45,774 nt of DNA from Fibrobacteria bacterium (GCA_037447435.1 JBBIGR010000042.1:1-45774), one strand, 5' to 3'; counted from the first letter of the stretch, positions 28,537 through 39,174 are shown. Numbers and translations are program-made. Notes: generated by a model from the letters alone, not told the origin.

Positions 28537-30897
28537 ATGAATACTTTGCCCTCTCGAATGACGCAAACAAAGCCCCCGCCGGGGTTGGATTACTTTATTC
28601 CCCATTATTTGAATTTAATTTGGCGATGGAAATGGTATATAGGTATTGTTACCCCCGTTGTTTTTCTCTGCTGGAGTTTTGCCGTTGTAAAATTCGGACC
28701 TACAAGGCAATACTTGGAAAGTGTTGCTGTTTTAGAATTTAATAAATCGAGCGGACCGACAAATCAATCGAACCAATCTTTATCTATTCAGCAATCAACA
28801 TGCGATGCTTTTATTCATAGCAGACCGTTTCTTGAATCTATAGTTCAAAAACATTCATTGCAACTTATCGTGCAGAAAGATTTTCGCGGATATGTATTCG
28901 ACAGTGTATCGGTAGAAAACGACGCACCGCAGGGTATTTATAATTTTGTCGTTGAAAAAGGCAACTATACCCTTTATTTCACCAACAAACAAAGATTGAT
29001 TGAAAAAAAAGTGATTGGCGCCGGCAGAATTTCTGAACTTAATTCAATTGCATTTCAATCGGTTTTTGTAAAATTTACCAAAGATTTTCTGTATGAACCG
29101 CATTCGGTAACTTTTAATATAATCGGTATGCGCGATGCAATAGACCGGGTGCTTGGAAACCTTTCGACCAAATTTCCGGGAGATAGAGAAAGCGGTTTAC
29201 AGGGTACAATCATGACCATTTCCCTAAAAGGCAACGATTACCCGCTTGTCACACAAACCGTAAACACGATAGCCGATGATTTTGTTGCCCATAACAACGA
29301 AATTATTCGATTAAAGAAATCCGGCAATGTTCAAATCCTTGAGAAACAACTGCAATCCGCCCATGAGGATCTCGAAAACGCCGAAGGTGCAATGCGACAT
29401 TTTCGTGAAGCAAACCTTTCCGTGGGCACAACGAGCGGACTTTCCTCTTCAATAAACGAAGTTTCCAACCTTGAAAATTCGGTTACAAACCTGCAGCGAT
29501 CGATCGACGATGCCGTCACCTTGCAAACACGCAGCAAGAACGCCACGACTTCCGACGACAAGCTTGCCGTCATGTATGAAGCGATTACTTTTCTTTTAGG
29601 TCATCAATCGGTTTCCGCTCCCGGATTGCAATTGGAACTCAATGAAGTAAGCAATGAAAAACATCGTATCGACGCGGATTATTCGCCCCAACATCCAATG
29701 GCTGTCGAAAACAGGAAAAAAATCGACAACCTTGCAAAGAATATTTTCGATGTCCTTGCGAATTTAATTGACAAAATGCGATCCGACGTAACGGTGGCGA
29801 CCACAAAAAAGAGGAACATTTCCGAAGAGTTTCAAAAACTTCCTGCCAAAGAGCTTCAATATGCCGACCTGGAACACCGACGCTCCTCTGCAATGGAATT
29901 GTATTCGAGTATGCTCAACCGGTATACTGCAAGTAAAATGGCGGAAGAAACGGAAACCGCTGAAATATCTGTACTTGATCACGCAGTGGCTCCTTATTCT
30001 CAAAGCCGATTCCAACAATTGATGCAATTGATGTTGATCGGATTTCTTGTCGCAATAGTCGTCGGGATAGGGCCTGCGGTTATACTCGATTATATTGACA
30101 AAAGGGCTTGGAGTGAAGGAGATTGCCGACGATTTTCCAATTTTCCGTTTTTAGAAGGAATACCGATTAATCCGATTTCCGATAAAACAAAAAAACCGAG
30201 CAAAGACAAAATAGACCCGTTTCTCGTTGCTGCAACATTTGAACCGTATTTATTCGATGAAATGTACCGTTCGCTCAGGACCAAAATTCTTCTTCATTTG
30301 CACAATGAGCAAAATAAAATGTTGGTCGTCACCAGCCTCGACGTTAACGAGGGGAAATCGTTGACATCGGCTAATATTTCAATTGTCATGGCGCAACAAA
30401 AACTACGAACGCTCCTTATAGACGGCGATATGCGAAAAGGCGTTCAACATCATTCCTTTGTATTGAACAAAAAACCGGGATTATCTGAAATCCTTTCCTC
30501 CCAATGCGATTTATCGGCATTGCCAATGCAATCGTTTATCCAAAAAACCCATATACCTTTTCTATCACTTATTTCCAGCGGCATGCCGATTCCAAATCCG
30601 GCGGAATGCATGAATTCTAATAAATTTCGCGAGCTTATTCCCATCCTTACGGAATGGTTTGATGTGATCGTGCTCGATACGCCGCCGCTCCGCGTTGCAG
30701 TCGATGCGGCGATTTTACCGGAAGCTTTTAATCATTATATTCTTGTGGCCAGAGCCGAATCCACCAATTTGGTTGCGTTGGAAAAGAAAGTTGGTGATTT
30801 TCCCGGACTTCGAAAAAAAGTACTTGGAATCGTATTAAACGGGGCGCCAGTAGACAATAAAATGCATAATTATAAATATTCTTATTATCATCAATAA
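28537..30897 (+). CDS. wzc: Wzc-type polysaccharide co-polymerase / BY tyrosine autokinase
   Basis: Two TM helices flanking a coiled coil; YRSLRT, Walker A VTS..NEGKS, IDGDMRK, LDTPP; C-terminal Tyr cluster NYKYSYY; start uncertain (28462-28558). Confidence 0.92.
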   Translation: MNTLPSRMTQTKPPPGLDYFIPHYLNLIWRWKWYIGIVTPVVFLCWSFAVVKFGPTRQYLESVAVLEFNKSSGPTNQSNQSLSIQQSTCDAFIHSRPFLESIVQKHSLQLIVQKDFRGYVFDSVSVENDAPQGIYNFVVEKGNYTLYFTNKQRLIEKKVIGAGRISELNSIAFQSVFVKFTKDFLYEPHSVTFNIIGMRDAIDRVLGNLSTKFPGDRESGLQGTIMTISLKGNDYPLVTQTVNTIADDFVAHNNEIIRLKKSGNVQILEKQLQSAHEDLENAEGAMRHFREANLSVGTTSGLSSSINEVSNLENSVTNLQRSIDDAVTLQTRSKNATTSDDKLAVMYEAITFLLGHQSVSAPGLQLELNEVSNEKHRIDADYSPQHPMAVENRKKIDNLAKNIFDVLANLIDKMRSDVTVATTKKRNISEEFQKLPAKELQYADLEHRRSSAMELYSSMLNRYTASKMAEETETAEISVLDHAVAPYSQSRFQQLMQLMLIGFLVAIVVGIGPAVILDYIDKRAWSEGDCRRFSNFPFLEGIPINPISDKTKKPSKDKIDPFLVAATFEPYLFDEMYRSLRTKILLHLHNEQNKMLVVTSLDVNEGKSLTSANISIVMAQQKLRTLLIDGDMRKGVQHHSFVLNKKPGLSEILSSQCDLSALPMQSFIQKTHIPFLSLISSGMPIPNPAECMNSNKFRELIPILTEWFDVIVLDTPPLRVAVDAAILPEAFNHYILVARAESTNLVALEKKVGDFPGLRKKVLGIVLNGAPVDNKMHNYKYSYYHQ

Positions 30898-31146
30898 AAA
30901 CACCGACACCCGTAACCGGTTGCATCAAAGGGCATCACTGAGCGGTTCTTGGAAAATTATTGAATATGCGACAAGATACTAATTTGTGAATTTCTGCGTC
31001 TGTGCACAGGATGCATAATCCTCATTCTTAATCCTTTACGCAAGATCCTTTGATTATTTTAGAGGAGAAACTTATTTTATTTTTATGGGTATTCGGCATA
31101 ACCGACTATTTTTTCGTTCCTTGATTTTAGGAGAAATGCGGACGAA

Positions 31147-32271
31147 ATGGATAAGAATGATGAAGCCTATTTTGATCTGGAATTTTACGCAGATAACCAA
31201 GTAGCGCATACCCATCTGTTTGAGAAACAAAAAACGGACGAAAAGCGAAAAGCGAAAATGCCTGTAAAACCACACAAAAGCCTTCCTGAGGCGACTACGT
31301 GCAAAGACGAGGAACCGTTGTTCGATGTTGGCACCCAAATTCCATCGGACCAACACCATAACACGAAAAAAAAAGAATCAATTCCCGAAATCTTTGGATA
31401 TACCCATGTCGAAGTTGTCAAAAGACCCGAAGGAATAGTACAATTAGCAAAGGTAATTACAACTTTATCGGGCCAAGCAAAAACCGTCCCATTTTCAAAA
31501 TCGGTTTTAAGCCCCAAAAAACCCATTATTTCCACAATTTTCACAAAAAACATCATGAACCAAGAAGAACTTCATACACCTGCAAGCAAAGAGCAACCGC
31601 AAGATAAACCCCTTCCGGTGGCGACCCGATTTTCCACTTTAGCAAATCCATCGGAATTTAAAGCGTTTGTTTTTGAGAACCTGGCAGAAACCGGTTGTTT
31701 TGGCATTGCCTTAAAAGGAAGATTCGAACATTTGCACCAAAGTAAGTTTGATGCATTTTTGGATGTCAACTTGCCAACGGACGGAAGGCTTGTTATTCTG
31801 GATTTAGACGGTCTTATTTCAATTAGTTCTTCCGGTTGGGGAGTATTGATTGCCCAATTACAACGTGTAAAAAAAAATGGGGGCAATATAGCCTTATGCG
31901 GAATGCATGGCGAAGTTGAAAATTGTTTTAAAATCCTTGAACTCGGAGCGCTTTTTCCGGTTTTCCCAACAATCATTGATGCTTTGAAAAATCCGGGCTT
32001 AATGGTTTCCAAGTACTCAAATGGTAAAAAATCAAAGGTATCTTCTACGGCGCATCAGGATGCGGACGCCCCGGCTTTGTTGCCATTAGAGGATAAAATT
32101 AAGCGCATCATTGTGGAAAACCCAGTCATTAGCCTCGGCGAAATATCCCGGTTATTACGAAGCTCATTGTACGGCAAGATAAAAATAGACAACAGAACGT
32201 TGCGCGAGAAGCTATCGGCCATGAATCTGGGTACCAAGGAAGAAAGACTGCGTTATTTTCGTTCGGCATAA
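31147..32271 (+). CDS. STAS (anti-sigma antagonist) domain protein with low-complexity N-terminus and helical C-terminal domain
   Basis: VILDLDGLISISSSGWGVLI..GGNIALCGM..FKILEL STAS signature. Confidence 0.72.
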   Translation: MDKNDEAYFDLEFYADNQVAHTHLFEKQKTDEKRKAKMPVKPHKSLPEATTCKDEEPLFDVGTQIPSDQHHNTKKKESIPEIFGYTHVEVVKRPEGIVQLAKVITTLSGQAKTVPFSKSVLSPKKPIISTIFTKNIMNQEELHTPASKEQPQDKPLPVATRFSTLANPSEFKAFVFENLAETGCFGIALKGRFEHLHQSKFDAFLDVNLPTDGRLVILDLDGLISISSSGWGVLIAQLQRVKKNGGNIALCGMHGEVENCFKILELGALFPVFPTIIDALKNPGLMVSKYSNGKKSKVSSTAHQDADAPALLPLEDKIKRIIVENPVISLGEISRLLRSSLYGKIKIDNRTLREKLSAMNLGTKEERLRYFRSA

Positions 32272-32312
32272 AGTTTCCGTCAATATTACTTGTTAACCAG
32301 GAGTTGCATTTC

Positions 32313-33104
32313 ATGACAAGACGCGGCATTGATATTTCATATCAAACATTGGTACACCTGTCTGTTTTATTTCTAGGAATACTGTGGGTACCGGCGCTGT
32401 CTCAAAACAAAGCGATTAAATTCGACAATGTTCGACAAGAAGATACCGCTGCTCACAAAATCCAATCCGTACCTGCGACACAAACTTCCCGTGCTGAAAA
32501 ATTGGGCTCAACGGGAGGTTTTGTAAACGCCGGGGAGGCTATCAGGATTTATGCGTTTCCCGATACGAATTCCTTTATCAATGGTTTTTACCCGGTGGAC
32601 GGCAAAGGGCGAATTTATTTGCCCATTATCGGGAAAATGGACGTGACCGGAATGAGCGAAAAGGATTTTTTGGACTCCCTTAAGGCGCAATATATAAGTT
32701 ATCTCAGGTATCCGAATTTGCAAGTACGACGTCTTATTAGGATTAGCCTTTTGGGCGGCTTTCAAAAGCCGGGATTGTACTTTATTGATCCGGATTATTC
32801 TTTATGGGACGCGGTTTTTCAAACGAACGGAACCATTCGGGAAGACGGGTTGAAACGAATGAAATGGGAACGCGACAGAAAAATAGTTTCCGACGACATT
32901 ATTCCTTTTTATCAATCTGGCCAACCGTTGAGCACTATCGGTTTTCACTCGGGGGACCAGTTGTGGACTCCGACGGAGCCAAAAAGCAACTGGTGGAACG
33001 TTGTCGTAAAGGACATTATGCTGAGCCAAGTTTTCCCGATTATCACTACCAGCGCTTCGATATTTATCAGCTATATGATGTATAAGACGTATCAAAGTCG
33101 TTAG
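32313..33104 (+). CDS. Polysaccharide export protein, Wza/OPX-like with SLBB domain
   Basis: GEAIRI, VDGKGRIYLPIIG, ISLLGGFQKPGLY, SGDQLWTP, C-terminal helix; RBS AGGAG. Confidence 0.82.
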   Translation: MTRRGIDISYQTLVHLSVLFLGILWVPALSQNKAIKFDNVRQEDTAAHKIQSVPATQTSRAEKLGSTGGFVNAGEAIRIYAFPDTNSFINGFYPVDGKGRIYLPIIGKMDVTGMSEKDFLDSLKAQYISYLRYPNLQVRRLIRISLLGGFQKPGLYFIDPDYSLWDAVFQTNGTIREDGLKRMKWERDRKIVSDDIIPFYQSGQPLSTIGFHSGDQLWTPTEPKSNWWNVVVKDIMLSQVFPIITTSASIFISYMMYKTYQSR

Positions 33105-33321
33105 ATTTTCCGTTCAAACAACGACCATATAAACAGCATAAAGAGTGCCGCATTTGCTTTCCAACAAAGGCAATTTTGCCGAAAAGCGATTATTGCGTGG
33201 TATATACTGAGCACGTCGTCGACAAATCAGATATATTTAAAGTACTATATAGTCATCGTTCACATGCCCCGGTCCGACAAATTAGCGTTTATTTGCAAAA
33301 GAACATATTTTCGGTAGAGTT

Positions 33322-34182
33322 ATGATAAGACAATTCTTAAAAAACGCCATAAATCTTACCGGCTTGGAAATTAAGCGGGCTTTGAAAAGCGATCCGGACA
33401 TCGGATTATACGAGGCCATTTATGCAAAAGAAAGTGTTGAAAATCGACGGTTTTATAATATAAGCGCAGGAGGACATTTTGATTTCGGTTGCGGAATTCA
33501 TCATCCTTGCTGGACAAATATCGATGTGATGAAACCATGGCCGCATAAAAATGAATATGACCCCCGGCTCGACATTGCTCATGACCTTTTATTGCAACAA
33601 CCGATTCCCCTCGAATCAAATACTGCAGAATTAGTTTATTCGAGAATCAGCATCGAACATATCACCGACGAAGCAGCCCTTTTTATGTTTAAGGAAGTTA
33701 AGCGCATTCTTAAACCTAAAGGTGTTTTTCGAATTGTCACTCCGAATATCGATTTGGATTACCGGGCATTTATGACCAATGATAAACGATATTATTATTG
33801 GTTCGACAATCAGCCGGAAGTATCGATCGAACAAGCTTTCCTAATTCATTTTGCAGCACATGCTTCTCCGTTGACGCTTAATACTGCACCGGATAAAATT
33901 TCGGATGAACAATTCAGGAACCTTTTTAAAACAATGACCTTTGAAGAGGCCATGAATTTCTGCACCTCAAAATGCCGGATCGATGTGCAAACAAAAATGA
34001 GAGAATTCCATATCAATTGGTGGAATGCAAAAAAACTGGAACGGATGCTCGGGCTCGCCGGATTTAAATCAATGTATATTTCCGCTCCGTTGCAAAGCAT
34101 TTCGCCGGTTCTGCGCAACGAATACTTTTTTGACAATGTGTACAATAAGGTCATGTTATATATGGAAGTCATCAATACCTAG
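33322..34182 (+). CDS. Class I SAM-dependent methyltransferase-like protein
   Basis: YNISAGG..WTNID, IEHI, EVKRILKPKGVFRIVTP. Confidence 0.72.
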   Translation: MIRQFLKNAINLTGLEIKRALKSDPDIGLYEAIYAKESVENRRFYNISAGGHFDFGCGIHHPCWTNIDVMKPWPHKNEYDPRLDIAHDLLLQQPIPLESNTAELVYSRISIEHITDEAALFMFKEVKRILKPKGVFRIVTPNIDLDYRAFMTNDKRYYYWFDNQPEVSIEQAFLIHFAAHASPLTLNTAPDKISDEQFRNLFKTMTFEEAMNFCTSKCRIDVQTKMREFHINWWNAKKLERMLGLAGFKSMYISAPLQSISPVLRNEYFFDNVYNKVMLYMEVINT

Positions 34183-34196
34183 AAAAAGGGCCAGCG

Positions 34197-36176
34197 ATGT
34201 GCGGTATTACCGGAATACTAGACTATCATGGAGCAGGACTCTCTCATAAAACAACGTTAAAACGAATGGTGTCGACCTTGTCCCATCGGGGCCCCGACGC
34301 ATGGGGTACTTACCTTTCGCCCTATTTGGCTTTCGGACATACCCGTCTTTCAATATTGGACCTCCAATCCGGCGACCAGCCCATGATGACCGATCGATAC
34401 GTGATTGTCTATAATGGCGAGGTATTCAATTACGTTGAATTGAGAAAAGAATTGGAATCACGAGGCATCGGATTTACTACCCAAAGCGATACCGAAGTGG
34501 TTATTCGCTGTTTTGATGTTTATGGGGAAAAGGCTTTCTCGCTTTTTAACGGACAGTTTGCTATTGCGCTTTGGGACCGAATTAAAAACCGATTGATTAT
34601 TGCGCGCGACCGATACGGAATACGACCGTTTTTTATTTTAAAACACAAAGATATTTACTATTTTTCCTCCGAAATGAAAGCCTTCGATTGTGTACCGGGC
34701 TTTCACCGCACCTATGAGATGGAAAACTTGTTCGACCATGCCTTGTTGTGGAACACCCTCGGCGATTCTTCGGTCTATCGCGGCATTCGAAGTTTGCCGC
34801 CAGGATCGTATGAGATTTACGAATTAGGTCGCGATCCGATAAATAAAAAATATTATGAACTCGGCGAATCGATTGACAATATAAATAAGCCAAGTGATAT
34901 TAATGCCGCGCAAGAAGAATTTAATGCGAAACTGGAACTTGCCGTCGACCTCCGTCTCCGCAGTGATGTTCCGGTCGGCGCCTATATCAGCGGCGGGATT
35001 GATTCATCCGTTATCGCCCATCTAATAAGTCTTAAGAAAAAGGAAAAACTCCAGACATTTTCTATTGCTTTTGAAGATAAAGATTTTGACGAATCAGACT
35101 ATCAACGCGAAATGGTAAAGCAGTTGAACGTCGACCACAACGAAATAACGGTCGATTATAAAACAATCGACTCGACGTTTCTCGATACGATGTACCACGT
35201 CGAGCAACCCATTTTCAGGACCGCGCCTGTTCCGCTTTACTTATTGTCAAAGGAAGTACGGAAACGGAACGTCAAGGTCGTGCTTACCGGAGAAGGCGCC
35301 GATGAAATTTTATTCGGCTATGATTCTTTTAAGGAATTGAAATTACTGCAAACCTGGCGCAAAGACGCGAATTCTTCGGAAGTAAATTTAATTTTAGGCG
35401 ATTTATACCCGCATCTCAAGCATTACAGCGACCCGCAGCAAATGGGAATGATGCGGATGTTTTATGAAGACCATGTTCACGATTATGATAACGATTTGGT
35501 CGGTTTGAATATCCGTGTGAACAACAATAAAGTTCTTGAGCGTTTTTTCCGTAAGGAGTATGCTATTTCTTTTAGCAAAGATCGCCTCCTGGAAAAATTA
35601 AAAGGGATCTTGCCTACACAATTTTCACAATGGTCTTTATTGCAGCGGAATCAATGTATGGAGATGAAAACGCTATTGGCAGGATATCTTTTATCTTCCC
35701 AGGGAGATCGAATGTCGCTTGCCCATGGTGTTGAAGGTCGATATCCGTTTTTGGATTTTAATGTGGTAGAACTCCTCTTTTCTTATCCGGACGAATATAA
35801 GTTGAACGGAATGGTTCAAAAATTTCTTCTCAAAGATACCTATAAAAATAAGATTCCGGCATCCATAATTCGTCGTCCGAAACGTCCGTATATGGCACCT
35901 GATTTAAAATCATTTTTTGCGAATGGTTTGTTGTCGGAAAAGTCCAGGCATTTCTTGTCCGATTCGGTCATCAAGGATTATGGTATTTTTGATGAGCGTT
36001 CGGTACAGCGTTTTTTGAGAAAATTCTCCCAGGGCGTGCCTGAAAATATCGGTTATCGAGACAACATGATTATAACATTTCTTTTGTCGGCACAAATGGC
36101 AAGCTATTGGAGCAAAACACCAAAGAATTCCGATCCTGACCCAACTTTGGAAAAAGTTGCCATTGAAGATTTTTAA
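34197..36176 (+). CDS. asnB: Asparagine synthetase (glutamine-hydrolysing)-like amidotransferase
   Basis: MCGI N-terminal Cys, HRGPD, RLSILD, YNGEVFN, SDTEV, SGGIDSS, TGEGADE, DRMS..E.RYPFLD. Confidence 0.93.
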   Translation: MCGITGILDYHGAGLSHKTTLKRMVSTLSHRGPDAWGTYLSPYLAFGHTRLSILDLQSGDQPMMTDRYVIVYNGEVFNYVELRKELESRGIGFTTQSDTEVVIRCFDVYGEKAFSLFNGQFAIALWDRIKNRLIIARDRYGIRPFFILKHKDIYYFSSEMKAFDCVPGFHRTYEMENLFDHALLWNTLGDSSVYRGIRSLPPGSYEIYELGRDPINKKYYELGESIDNINKPSDINAAQEEFNAKLELAVDLRLRSDVPVGAYISGGIDSSVIAHLISLKKKEKLQTFSIAFEDKDFDESDYQREMVKQLNVDHNEITVDYKTIDSTFLDTMYHVEQPIFRTAPVPLYLLSKEVRKRNVKVVLTGEGADEILFGYDSFKELKLLQTWRKDANSSEVNLILGDLYPHLKHYSDPQQMGMMRMFYEDHVHDYDNDLVGLNIRVNNNKVLERFFRKEYAISFSKDRLLEKLKGILPTQFSQWSLLQRNQCMEMKTLLAGYLLSSQGDRMSLAHGVEGRYPFLDFNVVELLFSYPDEYKLNGMVQKFLLKDTYKNKIPASIIRRPKRPYMAPDLKSFFANGLLSEKSRHFLSDSVIKDYGIFDERSVQRFLRKFSQGVPENIGYRDNMIITFLLSAQMASYWSKTPKNSDPDPTLEKVAIEDF

Positions 36177-36242
36177 TAGGATTTTCTCACAAGAACTTTT
36201 ATTTTCTTTGATGATACACAGACTTAAACGATAGGTTGCACA

Positions 36243-36491
36243 ATGGAATCACTTATCCAAAAAAAATTATTGGAGTTCATTTGTCGAAATTATATGGTTG
36301 AGGAATATGAAATAAATTTGGACAAATCCCTTGTCGATGAAGGAATCATCGATTCTTTTGGTTTGGTCGAAATTTCTTCCTTTTTAAAAAAGGAATTCGC
36401 TATTACTATACTGGAAAACGAAATGAATCGTGCTAATTTCGGTTCTGTTTTGAAAATTGTCTCTTTCATAGAACGAAAAAAAACGGTATGA
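36243..36491 (+). CDS. Stand-alone acyl/aminoacyl carrier protein
   Basis: 82 aa, acidic, GIIDSFGLV with the Ppant serine. Confidence 0.88.
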   Translation: MESLIQKKLLEFICRNYMVEEYEINLDKSLVDEGIIDSFGLVEISSFLKKEFAITILENEMNRANFGSVLKIVSFIERKKTV

Positions 36492-37528
36492 ATACAACAG
36501 TTTCCCGTTGCACCCGCTGTGTGCTTTCGAAAGAATTCCCAAAAATCGCCTTCGATGAAAATGGGGTATGTAATTTTTGCCGTAACGAAATGTTTTATAC
36601 ACTTGGAACCGATGTTATCGATTCTTCAAAAAAAACAATCGCCGAACTCCTTGACGCGCACCGAGGAACATCGTCCTATGATGCGGTCATGTGCTTTAGC
36701 GGAGGGAAAGACAGTACCTATACGCTCATGCTCTCGGTAAAAAAATACGGACTTAAAGTGCTGGCATTCACTTTAGATAACGGCTTTATTTCTCCGGTTT
36801 CGTTTCAAAACATAACGCGGGTTGTGGATTCGCTTGGCGTTGATCATGTTACCCTTCGCCCCTCGTTGAACAACCTGAAAGCTATTATCAGGGCCAGTGC
36901 ATTGCACCCTATTTACAACCCAAAAACACTAACAAGGATTTCCTCAATCTGCAATTCTTGCATATCAATAGTCAATATGACCGCTTTAAAATTTGCCTTG
37001 GAGAAACGAATTCCCTTTATTGTTGCCGGATTTACTCTCGGTCAAATTCCTGCAAATAGTATTGTTTTCAAAAACAATTATCAATTTCTTGAAGAAAGCA
37101 GGGAACAATCGCTATCGAAGCTCCGTGACGAGGCGGGGAGCTGCGTCGACGATTATTTCTGTATTGACCCTAAACTCCTTTCCGAATCCTCTCGCTTTCC
37201 ATATAACCTTAACTTGTTATGCCTCGAAGATATCACAGAATCGGAGATTCTCAATCGAATTCAGGAGTTTGGCTGGATAGCGCCAAAAGACGTTGACGGC
37301 TGTTCTTCCAATTGCAGGCTCAATACATTCAACAACTATGTCCACGAAAAGCAATTCGGATACAGCCCGTACGAACTTGAGTTGAGTCATTTGATACGAA
37401 AGGGGCAACTCACCAGAGATGAAGCATTGCAAAAAATTAATTCCAAACCGATTGGTCAATTGCAGTCGATCATGAATGAACTTCGGATTACCGAAGCCGA
37501 GCTCCCGAACGTGGTGTTAGGCTCATGA
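36488..37528 (+). CDS. Cys-rich PP-loop ATPase (AANH superfamily; N-acetyl-sugar amidotransferase / thiotransferase-like)
   Basis: CTRC..CNFC N-terminus, SGGKDS, CNSC, GCSSNC, IRKGQLTRDEAL. Confidence 0.8.
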   Translation: MNTTVSRCTRCVLSKEFPKIAFDENGVCNFCRNEMFYTLGTDVIDSSKKTIAELLDAHRGTSSYDAVMCFSGGKDSTYTLMLSVKKYGLKVLAFTLDNGFISPVSFQNITRVVDSLGVDHVTLRPSLNNLKAIIRASALHPIYNPKTLTRISSICNSCISIVNMTALKFALEKRIPFIVAGFTLGQIPANSIVFKNNYQFLEESREQSLSKLRDEAGSCVDDYFCIDPKLLSESSRFPYNLNLLCLEDITESEILNRIQEFGWIAPKDVDGCSSNCRLNTFNNYVHEKQFGYSPYELELSHLIRKGQLTRDEALQKINSKPIGQLQSIMNELRITEAELPNVVLGS

Positions 37529-39174
37529 CTGCGGCTGTAGAGCGGGAATCCTTATATAGGGTCGCTCCTGTTTCAGCAATGCAAATGCAATTTTGGGTTC
37601 TCAACGCGATGAACCCGGAGAGTTCCGCATATCACGTGCCATCGGTGATGCGAATCGAAGGTCCCTTACAACGTCCTGTTTTGCTGTCTGCAATCAATGA
37701 AATCATTTCCAGACACGATGTCCTCCGAACCGTTTTTAAATATGAAAAGACCGAACTGACTCAAAAAATCATTCCCGTACAAACGATTGATTTGCCTGTC
37801 GAATCGGTCGAAACCCTTGACCCCGCGCAAAAGCAAGATTCAATAGAAAATCTTATTTTTTCCGAAATTTCCAAACCTTTCAACCTTGAATCAGGACCAT
37901 TAATCCGTTCTCGTTTAATTCGGGTTTCCTTGACAGAACACATATTAGTGTTAACAATCCATCATTGCATATTCGATTTGCGATCAAAAGACTTGTTCAG
38001 CCTTGAGCTTTCAAATCTTTACAATGCAAAAACAAACGGACGCTTGTACCAAACGACAAATCATAATAATCAATATGCAGATTTTTGTCATTTCCAAAAG
38101 CAATGGATGCAAAGTAAAGATTTTCAGACAATGCTAACCCATTGGAAAAATAAAGTTTTAAATCCGGGCGAGACCATCAACCTTCCAATGCAAAGATTGC
38201 GGCCAAAAAAGCGTTCGTTTCGCGGAACCGCCATACCGTTTGAATTCTCGCCTTTAGAAGTTTCCGCAATCAAACGGTTTTGCGATGCTGAAAACACCAC
38301 GCCCTATTTACTACTTCTTACCGGCTACTTTATTCTCCTTTGCCAGTATACCGGACGCACATCGCTAACACTTGGAATACCTTTGTCGAACCGTCGAAAA
38401 GAAGAATTTAAAAATGTGATGGGGTGTTTTGTGAATACGATTCCGCTCACGGTTTGCATTCCGGATTCCTTCAGTTTTCAAGACTCCTTACAGGCAGTAA
38501 GGAGGGAAATGCTTGTGTGCCACAGGATCCAAGAAATGCCGTATCAGGCTATTGTCCAAATCAGCAAAACAAGTCGCGATGCGAGCACAAACCCATTGTT
38601 CCAATTCGGTTTTACATTTGAGCACCCCATGAAATTGGATTTTGACGGTTTGCGAGTAACTCCAATACCAACACATCACGGCGGCTCTCAATTGGATATG
38701 TTCGCTACGTTCTGGGAAGAGGCTAACGGCATTTTCGGTTTTTGGGAGTATTCCACCGACATATACGAAAAGACCGCGGTTGAAAAGATCATTCTTGACT
38801 ATAGGAATATTCTTAATAAATCATTGCAACAACCGGCACTCCCGATTCCCTCTTTAGTTAGGTCGGAAGACAATAACCGATATGTTTCGATATCTCTTGG
38901 ATCGGAACACTCTGTTTCGGAAATAGCCGCTCTTATAAAAGACCAAATTTCCAAGATAATGGAAATTGACTTTCAATCGATTCCCGATTCCGTGCCGTTT
39001 TTAAAAGCGGGCATTAATTCCTTAGCGCTTGTCCGACTTTCCAACAGAATTAAATCCGTTTTTTGCGTACCTGTATCTCTTCGCCAATTAGTACGCGATT
39101 GCAATACAATTGTTGCCCTTTCTTCGTTCATTTTCCAAAAAATATCAGAAAACAACCATTCGGTTGATCCATGA
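37525..39174 (+). CDS. NRPS-like protein: condensation domain plus carrier domain, no A domain
   Basis: SAMQMQFW, RHDVLRT, HHCIFD, GCFVNTIPL; C-terminal GINSL carrier motif. Confidence 0.88.
   Translation: MTAAVERESLYRVAPVSAMQMQFWVLNAMNPESSAYHVPSVMRIEGPLQRPVLLSAINEIISRHDVLRTVFKYEKTELTQKIIPVQTIDLPVESVETLDPAQKQDSIENLIFSEISKPFNLESGPLIRSRLIRVSLTEHILVLTIHHCIFDLRSKDLFSLELSNLYNAKTNGRLYQTTNHNNQYADFCHFQKQWMQSKDFQTMLTHWKNKVLNPGETINLPMQRLRPKKRSFRGTAIPFEFSPLEVSAIKRFCDAENTTPYLLLLTGYFILLCQYTGRTSLTLGIPLSNRRKEEFKNVMGCFVNTIPLTVCIPDSFSFQDSLQAVRREMLVCHRIQEMPYQAIVQISKTSRDASTNPLFQFGFTFEHPMKLDFDGLRVTPIPTHHGGSQLDMFATFWEEANGIFGFWEYSTDIYEKTAVEKIILDYRNILNKSLQQPALPIPSLVRSEDNNRYVSISLGSEHSVSEIAALIKDQISKIMEIDFQSIPDSVPFLKAGINSLALVRLSNRIKSVFCVPVSLRQLVRDCNTIVALSSFIFQKISENNHSVDP

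Noticed and set aside
33198..33212. Possible sigma54 promoter TGGTATATACTGAGC
   Set aside because: GG-N10-GC spacing fits but the -12 TTGC is poor; too weak
951..39174. TGA stops (951, 26521, 27594, 36491, 37528, 39174) as possible Sec codons
   Set aside because: Each is an ATGA stop/start overlap after a complete domain; no selenoprotein gene was found in the window
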